A stretch of DNA of 64,000 nucleotides from Candidatus Methanomethylicia archaeon (GTDB taxonomy: Archaea > Thermoproteota > Methanomethylicia > Culexarchaeales > Culexarchaeaceae): assembly GCA_038727515.1 (NCBI GenBank), contig JAVYVS010000001.1:544001-608000 (forward strand), read 5' to 3'. Made by a program: the position numbers and the translations under genes. Position 1 is the first letter of the stretch. Each line of letters starts with the position of its first letter. Below the pieces are notes generated by a model. The model did not search any database. It saw only the letters and a program-made list of their open reading frames with translations, and was not told where the DNA came from. Positions 1 through 9,922 of the stretch are shown here, one piece after another.

Positions 1-1093
1 ATATGTCTAGTGGAAATATAACTAGTGAAAGTAGTATGTAAATCCGTGATATATACTCTATGTTGCTTAGAATGAATAGTGCCAATGGATCTCTCCTTAT
101 ACAATGACTTAATTCATGCCCTAAGACAGCTTTTAATTCATCATCATTCAATTTATAAAGTAAACCAGAAGTTACAATTAACAATGCACTTCTAATAATA
201 GGACCAGAAACTCCAGCATTGGAAATAATGGTATTTGCTAAAACAATCTTTGGAGTTTTAACATTAAATTTTCCACAAACTTCTGAAACAATTTTATATA
301 GGGATACACGTTTAATCCTAATTTTATCATATCTACAATCGATACCAAAACTATTTAAGATAGATGAAACAATTTCGGGAGTGGGTATAACACCTAAATT
401 AAAGGTTTCATTATATAATTTCTCCTTAATACTTAGGATATCACCCCAACGTTTAGAAGTTAATTCATTAAATAGAGATAAGGGGAAACTACAACTTATA
501 ATATATACATCTCCATGCTCCTTACTTATACTCCAATCACCCATAAATGACAGTATTTTTGGAGATAATATGAATAATAACGCTTGAAATGATGCTATAC
601 CAATAGGTGCATAAACCCCCATAAAGAGGAAAAAGAATACTCCAATAATTAGAGACAAAGCAAATAATGAAGCTAAACTACCAGTAAAAATCCCATAAAG
701 TATCTTCTTAGATAAACTAAGAGTTCTCGTTGGAATAACAGGTAAACCCGGAACAAAAACTAGAATTAAAGTACCATCTCTAGCAACGGAATAAAATTCA
801 CTAGTAAAATAGTAAATGTTCAAAGCTATATTCAATATATACTCATAGGGAAGTGAAGAATCATAGGATATCTCCAACCTAGGATATACATCACCAAAAA
901 GTTTTGCTTCAACAATAGATTCACCATATTTAACTCTAAAAGTTAATTTATTTTCATCAACCCCTACATAATCTAATGTATACTTATACCATTCCTTAAC
1001 CTTGGATTCAATAAAAGATAAATAACTAGAAAATTTCTCCATGGGTATTTCAAAACCAAGCTCAAAATTCTTAATCAAATTAAATCCAAACAA
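1..1093 (-). CDS. HtpX-like M48 membrane zinc metalloprotease, 3'-truncated by window edge (not in ORF track)
   Basis: Manual minus-strand translation is open from TTG 1093 (alternatives TTG 1078, ATG 1042) to the edge. It has hydrophobic helices then ...NAGVSGP...LIVTSGLLYKLNDDELKAVLGHELSHCIRRD (HExxH in M48 context). Confidence 0.85.
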   Translation of the reverse strand, partial: MFGFNLIKNFELGFEIPMEKFSSYLSFIESKVKEWYKYTLDYVGVDENKLTFRVKYGESIVEAKLFGDVYPRLEISYDSSLPYEYILNIALNIYYFTSEFYSVARDGTLILVFVPGLPVIPTRTLSLSKKILYGIFTGSLASLFALSLIIGVFFFLFMGVYAPIGIASFQALLFILSPKILSFMGDWSISKEHGDVYIISCSFPLSLFNELTSKRWGDILSIKEKLYNETFNLGVIPTPEIVSSILNSFGIDCRYDKIRIKRVSLYKIVSEVCGKFNVKTPKIVLANTIISNAGVSGPIIRSALLIVTSGLLYKLNDDELKAVLGHELSHCIRRDPLALFILSNIEYISRIYILLSLVIFPLDI

Positions 1094-1155
1094 ATATCAA
1101 ATACTATTTAGAAATAAATATTTATCTCATGAAAAACAATTTATTTGGGGTTTAA

Positions 1156-1929
1156 ATGAATTTAAAAGTAGATTTAAATTGTGATTTAGGTGAAAGCTTC
1201 GGTAGATATAAACTTGGATTTGATGAAGAAATAATGCCACATATAACTTCAGCAAATATAGCATGCGGATTTCATGCAGGAGATCCAAATATCATGAGAA
1301 AAACTGTAAAATCAGCTATTAAAAATAATGTTGAAATAGGATCACATCCAGGATTACCAGACCTATTAGGATTTGGAAGGAGATGGATTGAAGTAGAAAG
1401 AGAAGATATTGTAAACTACATGTTATATCAAATGGGTGCTTTAGATGCATTCATAAAAGCTGAGGGAGGGAAGATGCTACATGTAAAACCACATGGTGCA
1501 TTATATAATAAAGCTGCTGTAAGTGAAGAAGTATCGGAAGCAATAGTAGAGGCTATAGAGAAATATAATCCAGAACTAATACTTGTAGGACTTGCAAAAT
1601 CTAAAATGATCGAAGTATCAGAGAAACATAAAATAAAATATGCCATAGAAGCATTTGCTGATAGAGCATATATGAGTGATGGATCTTTAGCTCCAAGAAG
1701 TATGAAAGGTTCTGTAATAACAAATGTAAATGAAATTATTGAAAGAGCTATAAATATGCTGAAATATGGAAAAGTAAAAACAATAGATGGTAAAGAAATA
1801 GAAATTGGAAAAGTTACTACAATATGCATACATGGTGATACCCCTGGAGCTGTAGAGATAGCTTCAAATCTAAAGAAAAGGTTGATTGAAAGTGGAATAG
1901 AAGTAACTAAAATGGTAAATATTGTTTAA
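1156..1929 (+). CDS. pxpA: 5-oxoprolinase subunit A (LamB/YcsF family)
   Basis: DLNCDLGESFG, SANIACGFHAGDP, HVKPHGALYN, FADRAY, ICIHGDTPGA motifs. Confidence 0.92.
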   Translation: MNLKVDLNCDLGESFGRYKLGFDEEIMPHITSANIACGFHAGDPNIMRKTVKSAIKNNVEIGSHPGLPDLLGFGRRWIEVEREDIVNYMLYQMGALDAFIKAEGGKMLHVKPHGALYNKAAVSEEVSEAIVEAIEKYNPELILVGLAKSKMIEVSEKHKIKYAIEAFADRAYMSDGSLAPRSMKGSVITNVNEIIERAINMLKYGKVKTIDGKEIEIGKVTTICIHGDTPGAVEIASNLKKRLIESGIEVTKMVNIV

Positions 1930-1931
1930 AG

Positions 1932-2639
1932 ATGGAGATAATAGAAGTAGAAGAAGTAGATTCCACACAGAATTTAGCTAGGAGATTACTTGAAATAATA
2001 AGTGGAGATTTTATTGTAATAGCTAAAAAACAAACATCGGGATATGGAAGGAAGAAGAGTAAATGGTTTTCACCAGATGGAGGATTATGGTTTACACTAG
2101 TAATTAGAAGGGAAGAGTTAAACTTGAATATTCTACCAATAATTGTATCAGTATCAATAGCTAAAGTCTTAGAAAAAAGCATTAATGTAGATGTACAATT
2201 AAAATGGCCTAACGACATATATATGAAAAACAAAAAGATTGGAGGAATAATATGTGAAGCAATAATCATTGGTGAAAGAATAAATGCAATATTAATTGGA
2301 GTTGGATTAAACGTTAACATTGATGAAATTCCAGAAGAAATTAAAGATAAAGCAACATCAATAAAAATTGAAACAGGAAAAACCTATGACAATAATAAAC
2401 TACTAAGGGAAATCGTAAATGAAATATATGGGAGTTTAAAGGTAGATATCAAAGAAATAATCAATTATTGGAGAAATAAGGATATAACCATTAATAAAAG
2501 GATAAGATCCACGTATAAGGGTAAAATCATTGAAGGTATAGTTTTAGATATTAATGATGATGGTTCATTGAAAATGTTAACTGATAATTACCAGAACATA
2601 TATCATTGGGAAATAGATAAAATAGAGATATTAAATTAA
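1932..2639 (+). CDS. birA: Biotin-protein ligase (no N-terminal HTH)
   Basis: DSTQ, QTSGYGR..KWFSP.GGLWFT, LKWPND, KKIGGI, IGVGLNVN. Confidence 0.92.
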   Translation: MEIIEVEEVDSTQNLARRLLEIISGDFIVIAKKQTSGYGRKKSKWFSPDGGLWFTLVIRREELNLNILPIIVSVSIAKVLEKSINVDVQLKWPNDIYMKNKKIGGIICEAIIIGERINAILIGVGLNVNIDEIPEEIKDKATSIKIETGKTYDNNKLLREIVNEIYGSLKVDIKEIINYWRNKDITINKRIRSTYKGKIIEGIVLDINDDGSLKMLTDNYQNIYHWEIDKIEILN

Positions 2640-2670
2640 TCTAAGCATATAATTTAAATTGGTGTAAAAC

Positions 2671-3930
2671 TTGGCTTCAAGTGAAATTGGATTTAAGACT
2701 CTAATTAAAGTTAATGATGCAATTGAAATGATAAAAAGGAAACTAAAACATAGATTAGTAGAATATGAAGAAGTAAGAATTTTAGAAGCATTAAATAGGA
2801 TATGCTATGAAAATGTGACATCTCCAATGGATATACCACCATTTGATAGAGCGGCAATGGATGGATATGCAGTAAAAGCAGAAGATACAATTAATGCATC
2901 TATAAAAAACCCAATACTACTAGAGGTTACAAACTGCATAGAACCAGGAAATATTAAAGATCTAGAGGTTAAAAGTGGTTGTGCCATAGAGATATCAACA
3001 GGATCTCCAATACCAAAAAATGCAGATGCAGTAATACCATATGAAGATACAAAGAGAATTGGAAAGTATATAGAGGTATATTCTCCAGTTCATCCAGGAA
3101 AGAACATATCATTTAAAGGAGAAGATATAAAGAAGGGGGATATTATCCTAGAGAAGGGGACTATAATAAGACCATGGGATATAGCTGTATTAGCTTCAAC
3201 AAATATTAGTAAAGTGAAAGTTCTCAGAAAACCGAAGATAGGAATTCTATCCATTGGATCAGAAATAATTGAACCTGGAAGTCGATGGGAAGAAGGGAAA
3301 ATATTCAATAGTACAGGAGTGATGTTAAGGGCGTTTGTAATGGAAGATTTAGGGGAACCAATAGATTTAGGAATAGTAGAGGATGAAGAAGATAAAATAT
3401 GTGAAAGAATAATGAATTCAATAGACAAATGTGATATTATAATAACGACTGGAGGAACAGCTATAGGTAAAACTGATAAAACGATAAACGCTATAAAGAG
3501 TATTGGTGGAGAAGTAATATTTCATGGAGTATCCATGAGACCTGGAAAACCAACAGCTATGGCAATATTAAATGGAAAACCAATAGTAATGTTATCAGGA
3601 TTTCCAGTGGCTGCATTAACTGGATATCAAAATTTCGTAAGGAAGATTATAGAACAAATATGTGAAATAAAATTTCTACCACAACCAAAAATTAAAGCTA
3701 AGATAGCTAGAAGAATCGCATCTCAATTAGGCTCTAGAGAACATTTAAGGGTAAAAGTTGTTAAGAGGGGAGATGAATATATAGCAATACCATTAAGGTT
3801 AACAGGTTCAGGATTACTCTCATCAATAACGCAAGCAACAGGAATTATTGTAATACCAGAAGAACTTGAAGGTTTAGAAGAGGGAGAGGAAGTAGAAGTA
3901 ACGTTGATTAGAGGGGTGAATGAAAATTAG
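2671..3930 (+). CDS. moeA: Molybdopterin molybdotransferase MoeA
   Basis: PPFDRAAMDGYAV, ISTGSPIP.ADAV, TTGGTAIG, MRPGKP, LSGFPV. Confidence 0.93.
   Translation: MASSEIGFKTLIKVNDAIEMIKRKLKHRLVEYEEVRILEALNRICYENVTSPMDIPPFDRAAMDGYAVKAEDTINASIKNPILLEVTNCIEPGNIKDLEVKSGCAIEISTGSPIPKNADAVIPYEDTKRIGKYIEVYSPVHPGKNISFKGEDIKKGDIILEKGTIIRPWDIAVLASTNISKVKVLRKPKIGILSIGSEIIEPGSRWEEGKIFNSTGVMLRAFVMEDLGEPIDLGIVEDEEDKICERIMNSIDKCDIIITTGGTAIGKTDKTINAIKSIGGEVIFHGVSMRPGKPTAMAILNGKPIVMLSGFPVAALTGYQNFVRKIIEQICEIKFLPQPKIKAKIARRIASQLGSREHLRVKVVKRGDEYIAIPLRLTGSGLLSSITQATGIIVIPEELEGLEEGEEVEVTLIRGVNEN
2834..2888 (+). repeat. 55-bp exact direct repeat, copy 1 (in moeA1); copy 2 at 4080-4134
   Basis: taccaccatttgatagagcggcaatggatggatatgcagtaaaagcagaagatac identical at both positions. 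Confidence 0.9.
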
Positions 3931-5905
3931 AAAGATATTCCATAAACTGTTTTCAATAGATGAAGCTCTTAAATCAATTGAAGAAAACATTGAAATAAAA
4001 CCTATAGGAATAGAGGAAGTGGATTTAAAAGATGCTGTAGGGAGAATTTTAGCTGAAGATATAATTGCAGATATAGATTTACCACCATTTGATAGAGCGG
4101 CAATGGATGGATATGCAGTAAAAGCAGAAGATACTTATAAAGCAAATGAAGAAGAACCTGTAAAACTTAGGGTTATTGGAAAGATTGAATCTGGTGAAGA
4201 ACCAATATTGGAATTAGAATCGGGACAAGCAATTGAGATATCTACAGGTGCACCAATACCATTTGGAGCTAATGCAGTGGTAATGGTGGAATATACACAT
4301 AGAGAAAATGATCATGTAATGATTTATAAACCTGTAACTATAGGGGAGAATATTGTACAATCTGGCTCAGATTTAATGATTGGAGAAACAATACTTAGAT
4401 CTGGAGAAAAGCTTACTAGAAGAGAAATAGGTGTATTAGCAGCACTTGGAATATCTAGAGTTAAAGTTTATAAGAAACCAAGAGTAGCAGTAATATCCAC
4501 CGGAAATGAACTTATAAAACCTGGAGAGAGAGTTCAACCATATAAAGTGTATGATGTTAATACATATAGTATATCAAGTGCTATTATAGAGAGTGGTGGA
4601 GAACCAATAATTATTGGAGTTGTAAGAGATTGTGAAAGAGATATTAAAAGTAAGATTGTAGAAGCATTGGAGAAATCAGATATTGTATTAATTTCTGGGG
4701 GGACTTCAGCTGGAGTTGGAGATTTAGTTTATAGAGTTTTAAATGATATAGGTAAACCTGGAATAATAGTACATGGGTTAAAGATTAAACCTGGAAAACC
4801 AACGGTAATAGCAATTGCAAATGGTAAATTAATTGTAGGATTACCTGGATGGCCTGTTTCAGCATTAATGATATATGGTTTAATAATTGAACCTATCTTA
4901 TCTAAAATGATTGGTATAGGGAAGATTAACCATAAAGAGATAAACGTAAAGATTGCTAGAAGAGTTAAATGTGAAAGAGGAAGGGATAATCTAATACCAG
5001 TGAGCATAATAATTGACGATGAAGGTAAATTCATTGGATACCCATTGATGGAACATAGTGGAGCAATAGCTACCTTAAAAAGAGCCGATGGATACTTTAT
5101 AGCGAAAGAAAATAGAGAATTTATAGAAGAAGGAGAGGAGGTTAAAGTTAAACTCTTCTCAGAAATGATTGATATACCAGATGCAACAATAATTGGAAGT
5201 CACTGTCCAGCATTAGAAGAAATTACTAAAATATTAGGGAAAATGGGATATAAGATAAAAACAATATCATCAGGATCCATGGATGGTTTAATTTCAATAA
5301 TAAATGGTGAAGCAGACATAGCTGGAATACATATATTAGATGAAAAAACCATGAAATACAATATTCCAATACTTGAAGAAATGAAATTAAAAAATGCAGT
5401 ATTAGTAAAGGGGTATAGTAGAATACAAGGGCTAATAATTTCAAAGGGAAATGAAAAGAATATAAAGGGTTTTGAAGATCTATTGAGGAGTGATATAAGG
5501 TTTATAAATAGGAATAAGGGTTCTGGGACAAGAATATTCATAGATTATATGTTAAAGAAAGTAGCTAAAGAAAGAGGTTTAGAATTTGAAGAAATTAAGA
5601 AGAAGATTAAAGGATATTATATTGAAGCAAAAACGCATTCATCCATAGCTTCAGCAATAAAACTTTCAAAGGCAGATGTAGGTGTAGGAATAAAAACTGT
5701 AGCAGTAAGATATGATCTAGGATTTATACCATTAACAATAGAAGAGTACGACTTTATAATTAAAGAGAAAAGCCTGAATAAGAATGTTATAAAAGATTTC
5801 ATAAAAGTTTTAAAAAGTGAAGACTTTAAAAGAATATTGAAATCACTTGGCATGGAACCCTCAAAGAATACTGGAGAGATAATTTGGGGTGTAAAAAGTG
5901 AATGA
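3920..5905 (+). CDS. moeA: MoeA fused to C-terminal periplasmic-binding-protein (LysR substrate-binding-like) domain
   Basis: MoeA motifs (PPFDRAAMDGYAV, SGGTSAG, IKPGKP, LPGWP) plus C-terminal GSHC, GSMDGL, AGIH, FINRNKGSGTR. Confidence 0.92.
   Translation: MKIRKIFHKLFSIDEALKSIEENIEIKPIGIEEVDLKDAVGRILAEDIIADIDLPPFDRAAMDGYAVKAEDTYKANEEEPVKLRVIGKIESGEEPILELESGQAIEISTGAPIPFGANAVVMVEYTHRENDHVMIYKPVTIGENIVQSGSDLMIGETILRSGEKLTRREIGVLAALGISRVKVYKKPRVAVISTGNELIKPGERVQPYKVYDVNTYSISSAIIESGGEPIIIGVVRDCERDIKSKIVEALEKSDIVLISGGTSAGVGDLVYRVLNDIGKPGIIVHGLKIKPGKPTVIAIANGKLIVGLPGWPVSALMIYGLIIEPILSKMIGIGKINHKEINVKIARRVKCERGRDNLIPVSIIIDDEGKFIGYPLMEHSGAIATLKRADGYFIAKENREFIEEGEEVKVKLFSEMIDIPDATIIGSHCPALEEITKILGKMGYKIKTISSGSMDGLISIINGEADIAGIHILDEKTMKYNIPILEEMKLKNAVLVKGYSRIQGLIISKGNEKNIKGFEDLLRSDIRFINRNKGSGTRIFIDYMLKKVAKERGLEFEEIKKKIKGYYIEAKTHSSIASAIKLSKADVGVGIKTVAVRYDLGFIPLTIEEYDFIIKEKSLNKNVIKDFIKVLKSEDFKRILKSLGMEPSKNTGEIIWGVKSE
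4080..4134 (+). repeat. 55-bp exact direct repeat, copy 2 (in moeA2)
   Basis: Identical to 2834-2888. Confidence 0.9.
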
Positions 5906-6569
5906 AATAAAAATAATCGCTATAACCGATGTCCATGGAAGATTAAATCAAACTTTAAAGATAGCTGAAATATCAAAGCATAAAGATGTAGATGCAATAA
6001 TAGTTTCAGGGGATTTATCAAGATATAAGTCTATTGAAGAAGCTAAAGAAGTGCTTGAAATCCTAAGATCTAGTGGAAGAAGAATTTTCTATATACCGGG
6101 AAATATGGATGACCCAAAAATATGTAGTGAAATACTTATAGAAAATGTAGAGTGTGTACATGAAAAGAAAATTGGATTTAAGGGTTATACCATAATTGGA
6201 GTTGGTGGAGCTTTAATTGGGCCTTTTAATACCCCATTTGAATTAAGTGAAGAACAGTTTCTAGAAATATTTGGAAAGTTATTGAACGAAAACTTAAAGA
6301 ATAATGTAATACTCGTAACACACAATCCACCATATAATACAAATGCTGATAAAACAAGTTTCAACGAACATATTGGAAGCAAAAGTATAAGATTAATCAT
6401 AGAAAAAATGGAACCAATATTAAATGTTTGTGGACATGTGCATGAAGCTAGAAGTATAGATAAAATTGATGGAACAATAATAGTTAACCCAGGACCATTA
6501 ATGTATGGTTACTATGCGGAAATAATAGTTGGAGAAAATGTTGAAGCTAAACTACTTAAACTTCCCTAG
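5898..6569 (+). CDS. Calcineurin-like metallophosphoesterase (Icc-related)
   Basis: TDVHG, SGDL, PGNMD, THNPP, CGHVHE, VNPG. Confidence 0.9.
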   Translation: MNEIKIIAITDVHGRLNQTLKIAEISKHKDVDAIIVSGDLSRYKSIEEAKEVLEILRSSGRRIFYIPGNMDDPKICSEILIENVECVHEKKIGFKGYTIIGVGGALIGPFNTPFELSEEQFLEIFGKLLNENLKNNVILVTHNPPYNTNADKTSFNEHIGSKSIRLIIEKMEPILNVCGHVHEARSIDKIDGTIIVNPGPLMYGYYAEIIVGENVEAKLLKLP

Positions 6570-7846
6570 AAAATTTCATGGGAAAATAAATCCACATATG
6601 TTTCTCTTCTTCTAGCTAAATAGGTTTTGCCCTCATGGAAAATAACTATGGCAGCTCTAGGTCTACTATTATAATTACTTGACATGGAAAAACCATAAGC
6701 ACCAGTATTCATTATTGCTAATATATCCCCTGGATTAACCTTATTAAGTTTAACATTAAAACCAAATACATCTGAACTTTCACATATAGGACCAGCAACA
6801 TTATATTCATATAGTTCTTCATTGGAAGATAAATTGAGTATTGGGTGAGTTGCTCCATAAAGTGCAGGTCTAATTAAATCGTTCATTCCAGCATCCACTA
6901 AAACCCATTTAAATCCATAATCCTCTTTAACATAGTTAACCCTAGTTAAAAGTATACCGGAATTACCAACAATAAATCTTCCAGGTTCAAATATTATAAG
7001 AGGATTATCAATAAAGAATTCATGTGGTGGATCAATTAATTTACGAATTACTTCACAATATTCATTTAGTGGAAATATTCTTTCATCTTTTGAATATGGT
7101 ATTCCAAATCCTCCACCAAGATCAATGATTTCCAATTTAATACCAAACATTTCATATAATCTACTACAGAAATTTAGAATTTCATTTACAGCTATTCTAT
7201 AAGGTTCAATATCGAAGATTTGTGATCCTAGATGTATATGAATACCGGAAACATGAATATTATCTAGTTTTAAGGCAGTTTCATAAGCTTTAAAGGCATT
7301 GTAAATACTTAAACCGAATTTATGTATTCTAGCTCCAGTACCTATATGAGCATGAGTTTTAACTGGAATATCAAAATTCACTCTAACACCAATAGAAGTT
7401 TTAACATTCAATTCACTGGAAAACTTATTTATCCAATATAGTTCATCGATGTTCTCAATGTTTATCAATAAAATGCGTGAAGAAACAGCATCAAAGATTT
7501 CATTTGGAGATTTAGATACACCATCAAAAACGATTTTATTTGATGGTACATTGACGAGTTTAGCTGCATAAAGTTCACCGCTAGAAACAACTTCAGCTCC
7601 TGCACCCAATTCATTCAAAAGTTTAAGTAATGCTAGACATGTATTAGCCTTATAAGCATAGCATATCAAATTCCTCTCCCAAATCTTATCTAAAGAATTC
7701 TTTAAAGTAATGTAATTGTGTTTAACCATGTCAAGATCAATGAGGTATAATGGAGTTCCATACTCTTCAACTAAAGCTTTAAAATTTAAACCTCTATCCT
7801 TTAAATTTTCAATATATCTTTGAAAAACAAAAGGATCATTATACAT
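6566..7846 (-). CDS. lysA: Diaminopimelate decarboxylase
   Basis: YGTPLY, YAYKAN (PLP Lys), HIGTG...KFG, HIHLGSQI, LGGGFG, EPGR, GPICESSD, GAYGFSMSSNYNSRPR. Confidence 0.9.
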   Translation of the reverse strand: MYNDPFVFQRYIENLKDRGLNFKALVEEYGTPLYLIDLDMVKHNYITLKNSLDKIWERNLICYAYKANTCLALLKLLNELGAGAEVVSSGELYAAKLVNVPSNKIVFDGVSKSPNEIFDAVSSRILLINIENIDELYWINKFSSELNVKTSIGVRVNFDIPVKTHAHIGTGARIHKFGLSIYNAFKAYETALKLDNIHVSGIHIHLGSQIFDIEPYRIAVNEILNFCSRLYEMFGIKLEIIDLGGGFGIPYSKDERIFPLNEYCEVIRKLIDPPHEFFIDNPLIIFEPGRFIVGNSGILLTRVNYVKEDYGFKWVLVDAGMNDLIRPALYGATHPILNLSSNEELYEYNVAGPICESSDVFGFNVKLNKVNPGDILAIMNTGAYGFSMSSNYNSRPRAAIVIFHEGKTYLARRRETYVDLFSHEIF

Positions 7847-7853
7847 TGATGAT

Positions 7854-8693
7854 TCATCTCAACAATGTTGAAGCTAGATATATCATAACCCGTAAAACTT
7901 TAAAACATTTTAAGTAATCATCTGAAACATATTCAACAGTTGTTGCATCAATCCTCTTAACATCAGGTATCATTGTAGCTAAATCAGCCATACCAGAATT
8001 CATAAAGGTTAAATTCAATTTTATGGGAGGTTTAAATTTAAATGGTGAAAACTTTGATAAGTTTTCCAGAGCACTTTTAGCAGCAGATTTTATTAATTCA
8101 CGAGCTTCACTTGGATGAATACATAAAGCAGAATATCTACCAAAAGCTTCCTTAACCTTAACAGTCATAACATTTCCAAGAAGACTTTTAGCTTCCTCCA
8201 CAACAGTTGAATCTCCAGTAACTAAAACTACTGGGACATTATAGTATCCAGCTATACCAGCATTAATACCAACTTCACCAACACTTAAACCATTTATCGA
8301 AATATTGCGAACTACAGAACCTGAAATTGTATGATCAAGGATTGCATTAATACTACCAAATTTAGCATGATAACCAATGAAGAATGCAGCATCAAAAGTT
8401 TCATTTATACCAGCCATCATTGATAAAACCTTTGGAGAACCAGTTATCAATTTAGCCTTTGGATGTAAATCCTCAATAATTATGTTTCTCATAGAACCAT
8501 GAGAATCATTAACTATAATTTCATCAGCACCACCAATAATTGCACCTTCAATAGCAGCATTAACTTCAGAAGTCATAAGTTTACATGCACGTTCATACTC
8601 TCTACTACCAGGATTTGTTTGATCGCTATGAACTACACCACAAATACCTTCCATATCTGCAGAAATGAAAACCTTAAATCCCAAAAAATTCAC
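7854..8693 (-). CDS. dppA: D-aminopeptidase DppA (peptidase M55)
   Basis: FISADMEGICG, VNDSHGSM, FIGYHA, LDHT, GEVGIN, VTGD. Confidence 0.92.
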   Translation of the reverse strand: MNFLGFKVFISADMEGICGVVHSDQTNPGSREYERACKLMTSEVNAAIEGAIIGGADEIIVNDSHGSMRNIIIEDLHPKAKLITGSPKVLSMMAGINETFDAAFFIGYHAKFGSINAILDHTISGSVVRNISINGLSVGEVGINAGIAGYYNVPVVLVTGDSTVVEEAKSLLGNVMTVKVKEAFGRYSALCIHPSEARELIKSAAKSALENLSKFSPFKFKPPIKLNLTFMNSGMADLATMIPDVKRIDATTVEYVSDDYLKCFKVLRVMIYLASTLLR

Positions 8694-8754
8694 CAGTAAA
8701 TAATATTAAAAAACAAAATTTAAAGGTGAAGATAAAGTTTAATGATATTAAAAA

Positions 8755-9909
8755 TCACCATTCAAATAATTCTACGTTAGCTCTTGGAACTATAACTCTC
8801 CTACCATCTTGTAATTCTATTTCAACAATTCTCACTGGAGATTCTGTTTCAACAGGTTGAAGCTCCACTGGGAGATTTACAACTTTTGCCAATTGTCCAA
8901 AGTATGGAGCTCTAATAACTCTAACCTTAGTTCCAGGCTTCATTCCTCCAACATATATTTCAGATTCCAATGGAAGAGATAATGGATCTACATCACTACG
9001 TGGAATAACTATTTCAGGTCTTATAACACCAGCTCTAATTTGTGTTGCACCATCAAAGCAAGCTAATTTACCTTCATTAGCTTTAAACATATTGAAAGTT
9101 CTAGAAGCCATAGGTATTTCACCAAATCCCTCTGTTATAATTACCGTCATAGAAATATCTTCCCTACCAGTAATTGCAACTCCTATCTCATAACCTAAGA
9201 AATCCTTAATATCCTTAAAATCAATTCCACCAACGACAATTCCAGCAGTACCAACTTCCATAGCTTTCTTAAGAACTTCAGCTGAAGCATATGAACCTCC
9301 AACAACTAGTTTACCCTTCCACTTAGGTGAAACCATATCAACAGTCAATTTATCCTTTGGAGAGTCAACAGCAACAAACACTTCTCCATGTCTTTCACCG
9401 CCAATACCGAAAATACCCTCAATAAATGTGGATGCACATTCTATAACTACACCTTCCTTTGGAATGATTTCAGTGACAATACCAGGTATGTATGCATCAA
9501 GTTCAACTGGTATCGGAGGTTCTCTAACAATTATCTGACCAGTAACTTCTGAGATATGTTCAATATAACCATCTGTTGGAGATTTAACTTCAGATTTCAA
9601 TAATCCAAAGAAGGCTCTATAACTTGCAATAATGTCACCTTTACTAACTTTATCTCCAATTTTCTTCTTTACATATAATGGTAATTCCTCAGGTTCAATA
9701 CCTAAAATGGCAGCTGCACTAACAATATGTATGTCTCCAGGAAGACTTGTTCTAGCTACAACATCACTATAATTAACTTTATCACCCTTATTCACAAGAA
9801 CTTCGCCTGGAAGAGGCAGTCTCCTAACTTTTCTAAATCTAAATAACTCAGAAATTCTAAGACCAGGGGTGTATGCATGTGCAGATTGAGAAACTTTCTC
9901 AGAGGACAT
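8755..9909 (-). CDS. Conserved hypothetical protein: barrel-sandwich-hybrid-like repeats, alpha/beta middle domain, C-terminal KOW/SH3-like domain; partner of GlmL-like ATPase
   Basis: GEVLVNKGDKV and KKKIGDKVSKGDIIA...VKSPTDGYI (hybrid-motif-like); C-terminal PGTKVRVIRAPYFGQLAKV (KOW-like); RBS GGGGTG; 13 nt downstream of the ATPase gene. Confidence 0.7.
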   Translation of the reverse strand: MSSEKVSQSAHAYTPGLRISELFRFRKVRRLPLPGEVLVNKGDKVNYSDVVARTSLPGDIHIVSAAAILGIEPEELPLYVKKKIGDKVSKGDIIASYRAFFGLLKSEVKSPTDGYIEHISEVTGQIIVREPPIPVELDAYIPGIVTEIIPKEGVVIECASTFIEGIFGIGGERHGEVFVAVDSPKDKLTVDMVSPKWKGKLVVGGSYASAEVLKKAMEVGTAGIVVGGIDFKDIKDFLGYEIGVAITGREDISMTVIITEGFGEIPMASRTFNMFKANEGKLACFDGATQIRAGVIRPEIVIPRSDVDPLSLPLESEIYVGGMKPGTKVRVIRAPYFGQLAKVVNLPVELQPVETESPVRIVEIELQDGRRVIVPRANVELFEW

Positions 9910-9922
9910 ATTATTTCACCCC

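Noticed and set aside
219-587. 122-aa plus-strand ORF in the track
   Set aside because: Antisense shadow of the minus-strand HtpX-like gene; no motifs
3920-5905. MoeA-PBP fusion as a novelty
   Set aside because: Well-known architecture in archaea, typically in tandem with a plain MoeA
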